Below, piece after piece: positions 17,291 through 25,449 of a DNA stretch of 64,000 nucleotides. The stretch comes from Chthoniobacterales bacterium (GTDB lineage Bacteria > Verrucomicrobiota > Verrucomicrobiia > Chthoniobacterales > JACTMZ01), in the NCBI GenBank assembly GCA_021463515.1, contig JAJTYZ010000114.1, positions 263 to 64,262 on the forward strand. Reading direction: 5' to 3'. Position 1 is the first letter of the stretch, and each line of letters opens with the position of its first letter. The notes under the pieces are model-generated. The model did not search any database, had not been told where the DNA came from, and saw only the letters and a list, made by a program, of their open reading frames with translations. The position numbers and the translations under genes are program-made.

Positions 17291-18550
17291 TCACCGACGC
17301 ATTTTGAAATCTGCCATGATTTCAGCGGGTGCGTGCCCCATTTGGAGAAGCTCCCCCATGCGGCGCATCGCGGGTGCCGTATGATTGAAAAAACGTTTGT
17401 AAGCACGGCAAAGATAATTCAGCCCCGCTTCTCCATCCGGCGTGCGAATAAAACGATGCTTCGGACACTCACCATGACATAAAGAACGCACCTCACATTC
17501 TCGACAATAACGCGGCAGGGTGTCGGCTTTGTCATTGCCAAATTTTTGCTGGAACTCCGAATTTACCATCGCGCCCAGTGTATGATTCAAAATATTTCCG
17601 AGCTTGAAATTCGGGTACACGTAATGATCGCACGAATACACATCGCCATTGTGCTCCATCGCCAAAGCCGTCCCGCATTTTTCCTCAAAATAGCAAAGTC
17701 CGCCCCCCACCCCCATCGTATTCCCCAGCGTCACATCGAAAATTTGCACAAATGTCCGCCCCACATCGCGCTTAATCCATTCGTCAAAAATCGTGCAAAG
17801 AAACTCCCCATATTGTTTTGGTTCCACACTCCAATCGGTCACGGGCATTCGCGCCGTGCCTTCCTCATCCGCTCGCGGCGGCATCGCCAAATCCAGTCCT
17901 AACTTTTTCGCCTCTGCATCCGGCAAACGCTCGACGAGCGGAATAAATTGAATAAACCCCGATCCCGTGTCCCGCAGAAATCGGTAAACTTCCAACGGCT
18001 TGAAGGAATTGATCCGATTCACCACCGTGAGCGTGTTAAAGGCCACGTGATGTTTTTTAAGAATCCGCAATCCCGTGATCACCTGCTCATACGACCCTCC
18101 CCCTTTTTTATCCACGCGATAGGCATCATGCAAACGAGGCGGCCCATCGAGGCTCAGACCCACGAGAAATTGATGCTCCGCAAAAAACGTCGCCCATTCC
18201 TCATTCAACAATGTGCCATTGGTTTGAAACGCATTGAAAATGGTTTTGCCGTGAGCATATTTTTTCTGCAAAGCCACGACCTTTCGAAAAAAATTAACGC
18301 CCAGCAATGTCGGCTCCCCTCCCTGCCACGCAAAACTCACCTCTGGCACATCCTGCTGCTCTATGTATTGACGGATATACGCCTCAAGCACCTCATCAGT
18401 CATTTTGAAATTCTCATTCGAGGGAAACAGCCGCTCCTTTTCCAAATAAAAGCAATACTTACAATCCAGATTACAAAGCGGCCCAATAGGCTTCGTCATC
18501 ACATGAAACGCGCGCCCCGCCGACGACGTATGAAAAGTGGATGCTGTCAT
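17291..18550 (-). CDS. Radical SAM/SPASM enzyme of the anaerobic sulfatase-maturase (anSME/AslB) family
   Basis: FHVMTKPIGPLCNLDCKYCFYLEKE (CxxxCxxC plus the AslB-type context), GGEPTL, and a C-terminal Cys-rich SPASM region (CYFEEKCG...CDHY...CRECEVRSLCHGECPKHR). Trimmed to the ATG at 18550 (the track start at 18559 is GTG). Confidence 0.85.
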   Translation of the reverse strand: MTASTFHTSSAGRAFHVMTKPIGPLCNLDCKYCFYLEKERLFPSNENFKMTDEVLEAYIRQYIEQQDVPEVSFAWQGGEPTLLGVNFFRKVVALQKKYAHGKTIFNAFQTNGTLLNEEWATFFAEHQFLVGLSLDGPPRLHDAYRVDKKGGGSYEQVITGLRILKKHHVAFNTLTVVNRINSFKPLEVYRFLRDTGSGFIQFIPLVERLPDAEAKKLGLDLAMPPRADEEGTARMPVTDWSVEPKQYGEFLCTIFDEWIKRDVGRTFVQIFDVTLGNTMGVGGGLCYFEEKCGTALAMEHNGDVYSCDHYVYPNFKLGNILNHTLGAMVNSEFQQKFGNDKADTLPRYCRECEVRSLCHGECPKHRFIRTPDGEAGLNYLCRAYKRFFNHTAPAMRRMGELLQMGHAPAEIMADFKMRR

Positions 18551-18777
18551 GTTGCCCACAGCATACTCAATAGCTCTTGGTTGAACGAGGCGGCTTTATT
18601 CTTGGAGGGAAATCGGGATGTAGGCTCCTCCGGAAATTGTCTTTGGGTACCGCACCCATCTCGAGTGCTGTTTCCCGCGCCCTGAATGAGCGCGATATTG
18701 ATGCGCTCCATGGGAAGACACCTGACACGCCCTGAACTTGGCCTTTAAAAGCTCCTGACGAACTATCGGCGTTCGAT

Positions 18778-20073
18778 TCACCACCCACGGTGTTCGACGG
18801 AATCAAAAAAGCGCGAAATCGCATCGTTTCGCAAAGCGTGGGTTGCCCCAATGTCTCGTAAAGGGATCACCGAGAGCGTTTGTTCATTGTCGGTTACTCC
18901 CTGACGCGTATCCATAAATGCTGTGATTTCCTTGCTTCGAGCATCCAAGGCATGCCGCAAATCTTCCGCTTCGGTAAATTTGGCAACAAAATGCCTGCGC
19001 TTTTTCCGACTCAAGGCCTCAAGCATCACATAATATTCCTGCACTAATGCGGCGTAGAGCGGATGCGCTCGAAAGCCGAGGCGTTGCAAATCCACTGCCG
19101 CCTTTTCGAGAAGAAATCTCCCCTCAGCCTCACGTCCCAAATTAAGCACCACCTTGGCAAAATCGAGATCGCTATCCACTGTTTGTAAAGATTCGAGGAC
19201 TGCAGAAAGTTTTTCTGAAGTTTCACGAGCAGAGAGCATTTCCACGCGTTGAGGGGAGGAAAGCCGCGCCACAGCCAGTGCCCACAGGCGTGCCATTCGT
19301 GTAGAGTCAGCAACAAGGTCTGGCCACGTCTGAGCAAATCGTTCCACGGCGTCTTTCTCCGGCTCGGCAAGGGTAAGGTTTTCCAAAATTTTCCTCCGTC
19401 CCTCGGGTTCTTCGATGAGGCTTTGAAAAAGGGCGAGGCTTTGAGCCGCATGAAGTTCACGGGCATAACCGCGCAATGTTTCAGGATTTTGTGCGAGGAA
19501 TTTTTCTAATTTCGGCATTCCTTTTGTTTCAAGCATCGAGGCATAGAGCTGTGCCGCGTCGGAAGAATCATGGCGCGTAAGTGCGGCAGACAAAGCTGCG
19601 GCCAGCCATGTGGGCGGATAAACAAAGCGCTGGCCTACAAATTGCTGCTGACGTAATGCCCATTCAAGAAACATGGCACGCAAAAGAGCCGCATCAACGC
19701 TTGCCTGATCCTTCGCGGCTGCGGGTGAGATATCCACCTGAATTTTTCGTCCTGCTTCGCCCGCATTGAAAACCTGAACAAGCACATCCGGCTGACGCAG
19801 TCGTTGGCCATCGGTGGGCGTCAAAATGAGCAGGATAGGGGCACGCCACAAATCTCGGGACTCCAACTCGCGCAGCATCCCCGTTTTTAACTCCTCGGCC
19901 CGACGTGCTAAATTAGACCTTTCCTGACGGGTTCCACCGAAGACAGTAAATTGTTTAGACACGCTCACGAGGCGATTTTCCGGCTTGAGCATTTCGGGGG
20001 AAACCGCTTGCCCATACATAACGCCGAGAAATATCTCGGCCAACATCGCCCCACAAAGGAAAGTCCGCCTCAC
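18778..20073 (-). CDS. Hypothetical exported protein, mostly helical (431 aa)
   Basis: N-terminus MRRTFLCGAMLAEIFLGVMYGQAVSPE is signal-like. The GTG start makes a GTGA overlap with the upstream stop (20070). No recognisable domain. Confidence 0.6.
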   Translation of the reverse strand: MRRTFLCGAMLAEIFLGVMYGQAVSPEMLKPENRLVSVSKQFTVFGGTRQERSNLARRAEELKTGMLRELESRDLWRAPILLILTPTDGQRLRQPDVLVQVFNAGEAGRKIQVDISPAAAKDQASVDAALLRAMFLEWALRQQQFVGQRFVYPPTWLAAALSAALTRHDSSDAAQLYASMLETKGMPKLEKFLAQNPETLRGYARELHAAQSLALFQSLIEEPEGRRKILENLTLAEPEKDAVERFAQTWPDLVADSTRMARLWALAVARLSSPQRVEMLSARETSEKLSAVLESLQTVDSDLDFAKVVLNLGREAEGRFLLEKAAVDLQRLGFRAHPLYAALVQEYYVMLEALSRKKRRHFVAKFTEAEDLRHALDARSKEITAFMDTRQGVTDNEQTLSVIPLRDIGATHALRNDAISRFFDSVEHRGW

Positions 20074-20837
20074 CGTTTCTTGCCCGGCCAGCGAACAACC
20101 ACCGCGTCGGGAGTTATCTCAATCGCAGAAGCCTTGGAGAAATACGAAAGCGGACGACTGAGTGCTTCGGCCATTCCGCTAAAATGTACCTGCACAGGCC
20201 ATCCCAAATAAGGCGGTATAATGAGGCGTCCGATAGAATACTGAACCGGCTCCAAGGTATAACCGTCCATGCGTCGCACGGGTTTGTATTCCGCCTTCAT
20301 AAACACAGGAAGCGATCCCACCGGAAGCTCCGCTTCCAATCCCACACGCAAAACCCCATCACCAGGTAAAGCATAAGCCCCCCTAGGGCGCAGCGAGTAC
20401 GTGTTTTCGGGTTGCTTAAACTCAATGACCGAAGCAAACCACATAGCAACATCGTCTGCCGTCCATTTGAAAGTCACCGCACCCGGAGAAGTCGAAGCCG
20501 TTTCCATGGTTTCGGTAAAACGCCCCGCACGCTCTGCATCTTTTTCGGCGAGGGAAGGCCAACTTTCGGGAGCTTGAAATGCACGTACCACCATCAAAAT
20601 CAGAGCGACTAAAATGGCGAGTTTCACGAGCGCATACAAACGAGACCCGAGAACCTGAAGCCCTTCCTTCAATCTCCAGGGGCGTTTGGAGCGAGTTACG
20701 GCCGACGGCGGAGTGAAGCCTCCGGGAAGTGCTGTTGATGCTTCTTCCTCTGAGCGCTCCAATTTTTCTCCACAGCTGTGGCAATAAACGCGAGTCGGAT
20801 CGTTATCGAATCCACAATGAGTGCAACGTAAAGTCAT
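20070..20837 (-). CDS. Zinc-ribbon membrane protein, unknown function
   Basis: MTLRCTHCGFDNDPTRVYCHSCGEKL (CxxC...CxxC), then one TM segment (LYALVKLAILVALILMVV) and an extracytoplasmic domain of about 150 aa. Confidence 0.6.
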   Translation of the reverse strand: MTLRCTHCGFDNDPTRVYCHSCGEKLERSEEEASTALPGGFTPPSAVTRSKRPWRLKEGLQVLGSRLYALVKLAILVALILMVVRAFQAPESWPSLAEKDAERAGRFTETMETASTSPGAVTFKWTADDVAMWFASVIEFKQPENTYSLRPRGAYALPGDGVLRVGLEAELPVGSLPVFMKAEYKPVRRMDGYTLEPVQYSIGRLIIPPYLGWPVQVHFSGMAEALSRPLSYFSKASAIEITPDAVVVRWPGKKR

Positions 20838-20843
20838 GATGAT

Positions 20844-21203
20844 TTAAGATTTTGCAGGAGTGCTTGAAGACGTGGAAGAAGATGATGAAGAAGATGAGGA
20901 CGGGCTCGCGGCGGGGGTGGAGGAAGGCACCGATTTTTCTGCGGGTTTCGATTCTTTAGTACTCCCACTCTCACTCTTTGCCGCCTTCTTATAGCCGTCG
21001 CTACGGTAATCGGTGATATAAAATCCGCTACCTTTGAAAAGAAGGCCCGCGCCCGTACCCAGCAGTCGTTTCACAGCACCGTGACCCCAGGGTGTCATTT
21101 GGCATTGCGCCTCAGGGCATGTCTTCAATGCCTCCGCTTTCATGGACTGAAAAAGCTCAAAGTTTTTCCCGCATTTCGAGCAGGTATATTCGTAAGTGGG
21201 CAT
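20844..21203 (-). CDS. FmdB-family zinc-ribbon protein with a poly-Ser tail
   Basis: Trimmed to MPTYEYTCSKCGKNFELFQSMKAEALKTCP...C, the CxxC_CxxC_SSSS / FmdB pattern. The C-terminal tail is ASPSSSSSSSSSTSSSTPAKS. Confidence 0.75.
   Translation of the reverse strand: MPTYEYTCSKCGKNFELFQSMKAEALKTCPEAQCQMTPWGHGAVKRLLGTGAGLLFKGSGFYITDYRSDGYKKAAKSESGSTKESKPAEKSVPSSTPAASPSSSSSSSSSTSSSTPAKS
20862..20900. repeat. Short GAA/GAT-rich low-complexity tract encoding the poly-Ser tail
   Basis: The + strand reads gcttgaagacgtggaagaagatgatgaagaagatgagga, which gives the serine codons on the minus strand. Confidence 0.6.
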
Positions 21204-21253
21204 AAGGCAAAAAGAACTAATCCCAAAAATTAGGCGTTTCGGCAAGTGTCCAT

Positions 21254-21286
21254 AAAACGACGCACGCCCCACAAATGGAGCGTGCG
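21254..21286 (-). terminator. Candidate rho-independent terminator after hppA
   Basis: A 7-bp stem, CGCACGC (21261..21267) / GCGTGCG (21280..21286), with a 12-nt loop. On the minus strand it is followed by CGTTTTATGG. Weak. Confidence 0.35.
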
Positions 21287-21307
21287 CGATATTATCCGAA
21301 AGAAACT

Positions 21308-23500
21308 TTACCGAATCAGCGGCCCTAGCAAGAGGGCAACGACAGAAACCAACTTCAAAAGAATGTTCAAGGACGGTCCTGCCGTGTCCTTAAACGGATC
21401 ACCCACCGTATCGCCCACCACGGCGGCTTTGTGAGGGTCGGAGCCTTTGAAGTACTTTTTCCCATGAATCTCCACGCCTTCCTCAAACATTTTCTTCGCA
21501 TTGTCCCACGCCCCGCCGGAGTTGGCTTGAAAGATGGCAAGTAAAACGCCAGACACGGTGACGCCGGCCAATAACCCACCGAGTGGCTCCGCACCTGCAC
21601 CGGTGAACCATTTGAAAGCAAAGCCCACAATCACTGGCGCCAAAACCGCCAACAATCCAGGCACCACCATTTGTCGAATTGCTGCCTTCGTGGAAATATC
21701 CACGCACACATCATACTCCGCCTTCCCATGCGCTTCGTCGAAAATTTTTCGGTCTTCCTCACTCCATGCCTCATGCTCCATTCCCTCATTACGTCGCATC
21801 ACTTCCAGCGCACGACGCAAAGGAGTGATGTCCGCAAATTGACGTCGCACTTCTTGAATCATCGCCATCGCGGCACGCCCCACGGCATCGAGTGCCATGG
21901 ACGAAAATAAAAACGGCAGCATGGCGCCGACAAACAACATGGCCATGACAGAGGCATGAGAAATATTAATGCTCTTGAGTCCGGTGACTGCCATGAACGC
22001 ACTAAATAAAGCCAGGGCCGTCAAGGCTGCCGACGCAATAGCAAAGCCCTTCCCAATGGCCGCCGTCGTGTTGCCCACGGCGTCAAGTTTGTCCGTGCGA
22101 CCGCGAACTTCTTTCGGGAGCTGAGCCATCTCCGCAATGCCCCCGGCATTATCCGAGATTGGCCCATAAGCATCTACCGCAAGTTGAATACCCGTATTGC
22201 TCAACATTCCCACGGCCGCAATGGCAATGCCATAAAGTCCGGCAAGCTGATACGCCGCAATGATAGCCGCGCCAAGAATCAAAATCGGAATAGCCGTCGA
22301 GCGCATTCCGACACCAAGGCCGGCGATGATGTTGGTTGCGGTACCTGTGAGGGATTGACGCGCAATGGTAAGTACCGGCGGTTTTCCGGTGCCGGTGTAG
22401 TATTCCGTCACTAACCCAATCCCCACCCCCGCCAACAACCCCGCAATTGTCGCAAAGAAAACACCCGATGCCGTACGCGTTACACCATCCTCCACCCACT
22501 GCGCCGGCAATAATCCCGTGATGAGAAACCAACTGGCTACGAGGAGAAGTGCGGCAGCAACAAATTGCCCCATATTCAATGCCGCCTGCGGATTGCCCCC
22601 TTCGCGAACACGCACAAAGAAACAGCCGATAATTGAAACCACAATCCCTGCAGCCGCAATGAGCATGGGCAGTATGGCTGCGGTTAATCCGCCAAATGGC
22701 AGTTTTTGAAATTCCGGCAAAGCCACCATGGTTGCCGCAATCACCATCGTTCCGACAATGGCACCCACATAGGACTCAAAAAGGTCCGCTCCCATCCCCG
22801 CCACGTCGCCGACATTGTCACCCACGTTGTCGGCAATCGTCGCGGGGTTAAGCGGGTGGTCTTCGGGAATCCCCGCCTCGACTTTCCCCACAAGGTCTGC
22901 ACCCACATCCGCTGCCTTCGTATAAATCCCCCCACCCACACGCGCAAACAACGCAATGGATGACGCCCCAAAGGAAAATCCTGTCAGCACCGTCAACACC
23001 TTCGATACCTCCGACATCGTGCCTACGCCAAAAAGATGACCATACCATATAAAAAGCGAGCTCAATCCCAGCAGCCCCAAGCCCACCACCCCCATGCCCA
23101 TCACCGACCCCCCATTAAATGCTACACGCAATGCCTCATTCAACCCCGTCCGTGCCGCATGGGTCGTACGCACATTTGCCTTCGTGGCAACACGCATCCC
23201 AATGTAGCCCGAAAGTGCAGAGCACACGGCACCCGCCGCAAAAGACAAGGCAACGAGAGGACTCGATTCCGGCTCTGCAAATCCCTGCCACGCGAGCAGC
23301 GCGGCGACGATTACGACAAAAAGGGCCAGCACACGGTATTCCGCACGCAAAAATGCCATGGCACCCTTCACAATGAATCCGCCAATCCTTTGCATCTCTT
23401 CGGTGCCCGCAGGCTGACGACTAATCCAGCGAGCGCGGGCAAAGGTGAATCCGAGGGCGAGAAGCCCGGCGAGTGGTAACAGGTAAGCGAATTTATTCAT
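21308..23500 (-). CDS. hppA: Membrane-bound ion-translocating pyrophosphatase
   Basis: 730 aa and polytopic. Conserved H+/Na+-PPase motifs are present: [65 protein letters not shown]. Confidence 0.95.
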   Translation of the reverse strand: MNKFAYLLPLAGLLALGFTFARARWISRQPAGTEEMQRIGGFIVKGAMAFLRAEYRVLALFVVIVAALLAWQGFAEPESSPLVALSFAAGAVCSALSGYIGMRVATKANVRTTHAARTGLNEALRVAFNGGSVMGMGVVGLGLLGLSSLFIWYGHLFGVGTMSEVSKVLTVLTGFSFGASSIALFARVGGGIYTKAADVGADLVGKVEAGIPEDHPLNPATIADNVGDNVGDVAGMGADLFESYVGAIVGTMVIAATMVALPEFQKLPFGGLTAAILPMLIAAAGIVVSIIGCFFVRVREGGNPQAALNMGQFVAAALLLVASWFLITGLLPAQWVEDGVTRTASGVFFATIAGLLAGVGIGLVTEYYTGTGKPPVLTIARQSLTGTATNIIAGLGVGMRSTAIPILILGAAIIAAYQLAGLYGIAIAAVGMLSNTGIQLAVDAYGPISDNAGGIAEMAQLPKEVRGRTDKLDAVGNTTAAIGKGFAIASAALTALALFSAFMAVTGLKSINISHASVMAMLFVGAMLPFLFSSMALDAVGRAAMAMIQEVRRQFADITPLRRALEVMRRNEGMEHEAWSEEDRKIFDEAHGKAEYDVCVDISTKAAIRQMVVPGLLAVLAPVIVGFAFKWFTGAGAEPLGGLLAGVTVSGVLLAIFQANSGGAWDNAKKMFEEGVEIHGKKYFKGSDPHKAAVVGDTVGDPFKDTAGPSLNILLKLVSVVALLLGPLIR

Positions 23501-23600
23501 GATGGTGTATGAGCTAAGAAAGTCGGAAGTTTATCACCCGTTGATTCTGTCACCAAGTGTAAACACATCATATTAATGAGGCATCTTATATTTGGCTGAA

Positions 23601-24233
23601 TCAAAGTAGTTTTCGTAAGGATAGCTGACGGTAATAGGCATGCTTATCCAATTGCTGCATTTGCCCAATGGTGAGAGTTTGCAAATTAAGGCGATTTATC
23701 AAATGCCGTAGAAGCACCAAGCAAGCCACCGCATCGAAGAGGGCATCATGCCAATCCAAAGTCGGACATAGCTCCCGCACTTCTGCTTCCAAACCGAGTG
23801 TTGTCACGACAAAGCCCAATGAATGATCCTGCAAATTCGGAAGCACCGCACGGCTCAAAGCGAGAGTGTCCAACCACGGCGAAAATCCATGCATCGGAAA
23901 CACCCGCAAAAACCGTTTTTCCGTCCCCGCGCCATGAGCAACAATCACGGCACCGTTAAGCCGCACCTTAAACTCGGGCCATAATACCAACATCGTGGGG
24001 GCATTTTTAAGAGCATCATCGCCGATGTGATGTACGGCACTTGCCGACGGTGTGATGGAAACGACAGTGCGAATGTAGCTTCGGAAAAAATTTTTACGAA
24101 ATCCTTCGACGACGCTCCATGACGCCATTCCCACTTGCACGGGTTCGTCGGACTGACCTTCTGTGGCTCCGGAGCTTTCGAAATCCAATGCTGACCACGT
24201 CGCATCGCGTACGAACGTGTCGAGTGTTGTCAT
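23601..24233 (-). CDS. DEDDh 3'-5' exonuclease (DnaQ/epsilon-like domain protein)
   Basis: Trimmed to MTTLDTFVRDATWSALDFESSG (ExoI D-x-E; ATGA overlap with the DAHP synthase stop at 24230). Also AHGAGTEKRFL (ExoII-like) and HDALFDAVA (ExoIII H-x4-D). Confidence 0.7.
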   Translation of the reverse strand: MTTLDTFVRDATWSALDFESSGATEGQSDEPVQVGMASWSVVEGFRKNFFRSYIRTVVSITPSASAVHHIGDDALKNAPTMLVLWPEFKVRLNGAVIVAHGAGTEKRFLRVFPMHGFSPWLDTLALSRAVLPNLQDHSLGFVVTTLGLEAEVRELCPTLDWHDALFDAVACLVLLRHLINRLNLQTLTIGQMQQLDKHAYYRQLSLRKLL

Positions 24234-25339
24234 GAATCCGCCGGTTTCAAACCACGCGCTTTCCGCTCTCCCGCCGCCGCCGAGCGCAAAAGTTTTTCCG
24301 TCATTTTCCATCCAATGCACCCATCCGTCACCGACACGCCATAACGCAGTAGATTGCGATCGGCGAGTACCGGCTGATTCCCTTCCTCAAGGTAACTCTC
24401 CAACATGCCGCCAATCACGGATGAACGCCCGCGATGCCGCTGCGCTAAAATGTTCTTCCACACCACGCCCTGTCGCCTCGGGTCTTTGGCAGAATTGGCA
24501 TGGCTGCAATCCACCATAAAACGCGGTTCCAACCCGGCCTCACGCAAACGCCGTTCCGTTTCTGCTGTGTGCCGCGAGCTGTAATTTGCGCCCTCGCGTC
24601 CGCCTCGCAGCACAATATGCAAATCCGGATTCCCCACCGTGCGTACCATGCTCGTATGCCCCTCTTCATCAATCCCGAGAAAACTATGCGAATTTTTCGC
24701 CGAGACCAACGCATCCAAGGCGGTCTGAATACTGCCATCGGTACTATTTTTGAAACCCACCGGCATGGACAAGCCACTCGCTAATTCACGGTGCGTTTGT
24801 GATTCTGTCGTACGTGCGCCAATGGCCACCCAGCTGACAACATCGGCAATGTATTGCGGAATGATCGGATCGAGAAACTCCGTGGCGGAAGGCAATCCTA
24901 AGGCTGCAATATCGAGGAGCAATTTTCGGGCCTGACGCAATCCCGTATGCAGGTCAAAAGTCTGGTCCATCCGCGGATCATTAATCAGCCCTTTCCACCC
25001 AACTGTTGTGCGAGGTTTTTCAAAATAAACCCGCATAAAAATGCAAAGAACATCATTCAATTCATGACGCAACACCGCAAGTCGCCGTGCATAATCAAGA
25101 GCACCTTCAGGATCGTGAATGGAACACGGGCCTACGACCACGAGGAAGCGTTCGTCGGCACCATGAACAATGGCCTGCGCTTCAGAACGCCCAAAGGCGA
25201 CCGTTTCCCGCACGGCTTCGGGAACAGGCAGCGCGTCTTTCACCGTCACCGGCGAAACTAAACGTGTGTAGCGGCGAACGCGCACGTTTTCCATGGGGAT
25301 AGAGCGACGCGGCTTAGTGGAACGACTTTTTGACGGCAT
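24230..25339 (-). CDS. aroG: 3-deoxy-7-phosphoheptulonate (DAHP) synthase, class I
   Basis: GPCSIHDPEGALDYARRL...IFMRVYFEKPRTTVGWKGLINDP...DCSHANS, the class I alpha signature. The track start at 25351 is TTG; I trimmed to the ATG at 25339. Which isoenzyme (aroF/G/H) it is cannot be resolved. Confidence 0.9.
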   Translation of the reverse strand: MPSKSRSTKPRRSIPMENVRVRRYTRLVSPVTVKDALPVPEAVRETVAFGRSEAQAIVHGADERFLVVVGPCSIHDPEGALDYARRLAVLRHELNDVLCIFMRVYFEKPRTTVGWKGLINDPRMDQTFDLHTGLRQARKLLLDIAALGLPSATEFLDPIIPQYIADVVSWVAIGARTTESQTHRELASGLSMPVGFKNSTDGSIQTALDALVSAKNSHSFLGIDEEGHTSMVRTVGNPDLHIVLRGGREGANYSSRHTAETERRLREAGLEPRFMVDCSHANSAKDPRRQGVVWKNILAQRHRGRSSVIGGMLESYLEEGNQPVLADRNLLRYGVSVTDGCIGWKMTEKLLRSAAAGERKARGLKPADS

Positions 25340-25449
25340 GGTTTTAATCAAAATGAAAAGGTCTCATTAAGCCCGAAAATGACACGTCGTGCAATTCACG
25401 ACTGCGCAAAGGCTTTGCGAGCGAGCGTCGGCGAGGATAGTTTTATGAA

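Noticed and set aside
17291-18550. Calling the radical SAM/SPASM enzyme a dedicated RiPP maturase for the NHLP peptide.
   Set aside because: Its N-terminal and SPASM motifs are those of anaerobic sulfatase maturases, which sulfatase-rich PVC bacteria need anyway. The genes are convergent rather than co-transcribed, and the peptide tail lacks a C/S-x-P/A-x-R motif. I kept the link only as a hypothesis in the findings and not as an annotation.
18760-18785. A tRNA-like T-loop sequence, GGCGTTCGATTCACC.
   Set aside because: The flanking bases do not form a T-stem (CGGCG against CACCA). No acceptor or anticodon stems can be drawn. The sequence also overlaps the 3' end of the 431-aa CDS.
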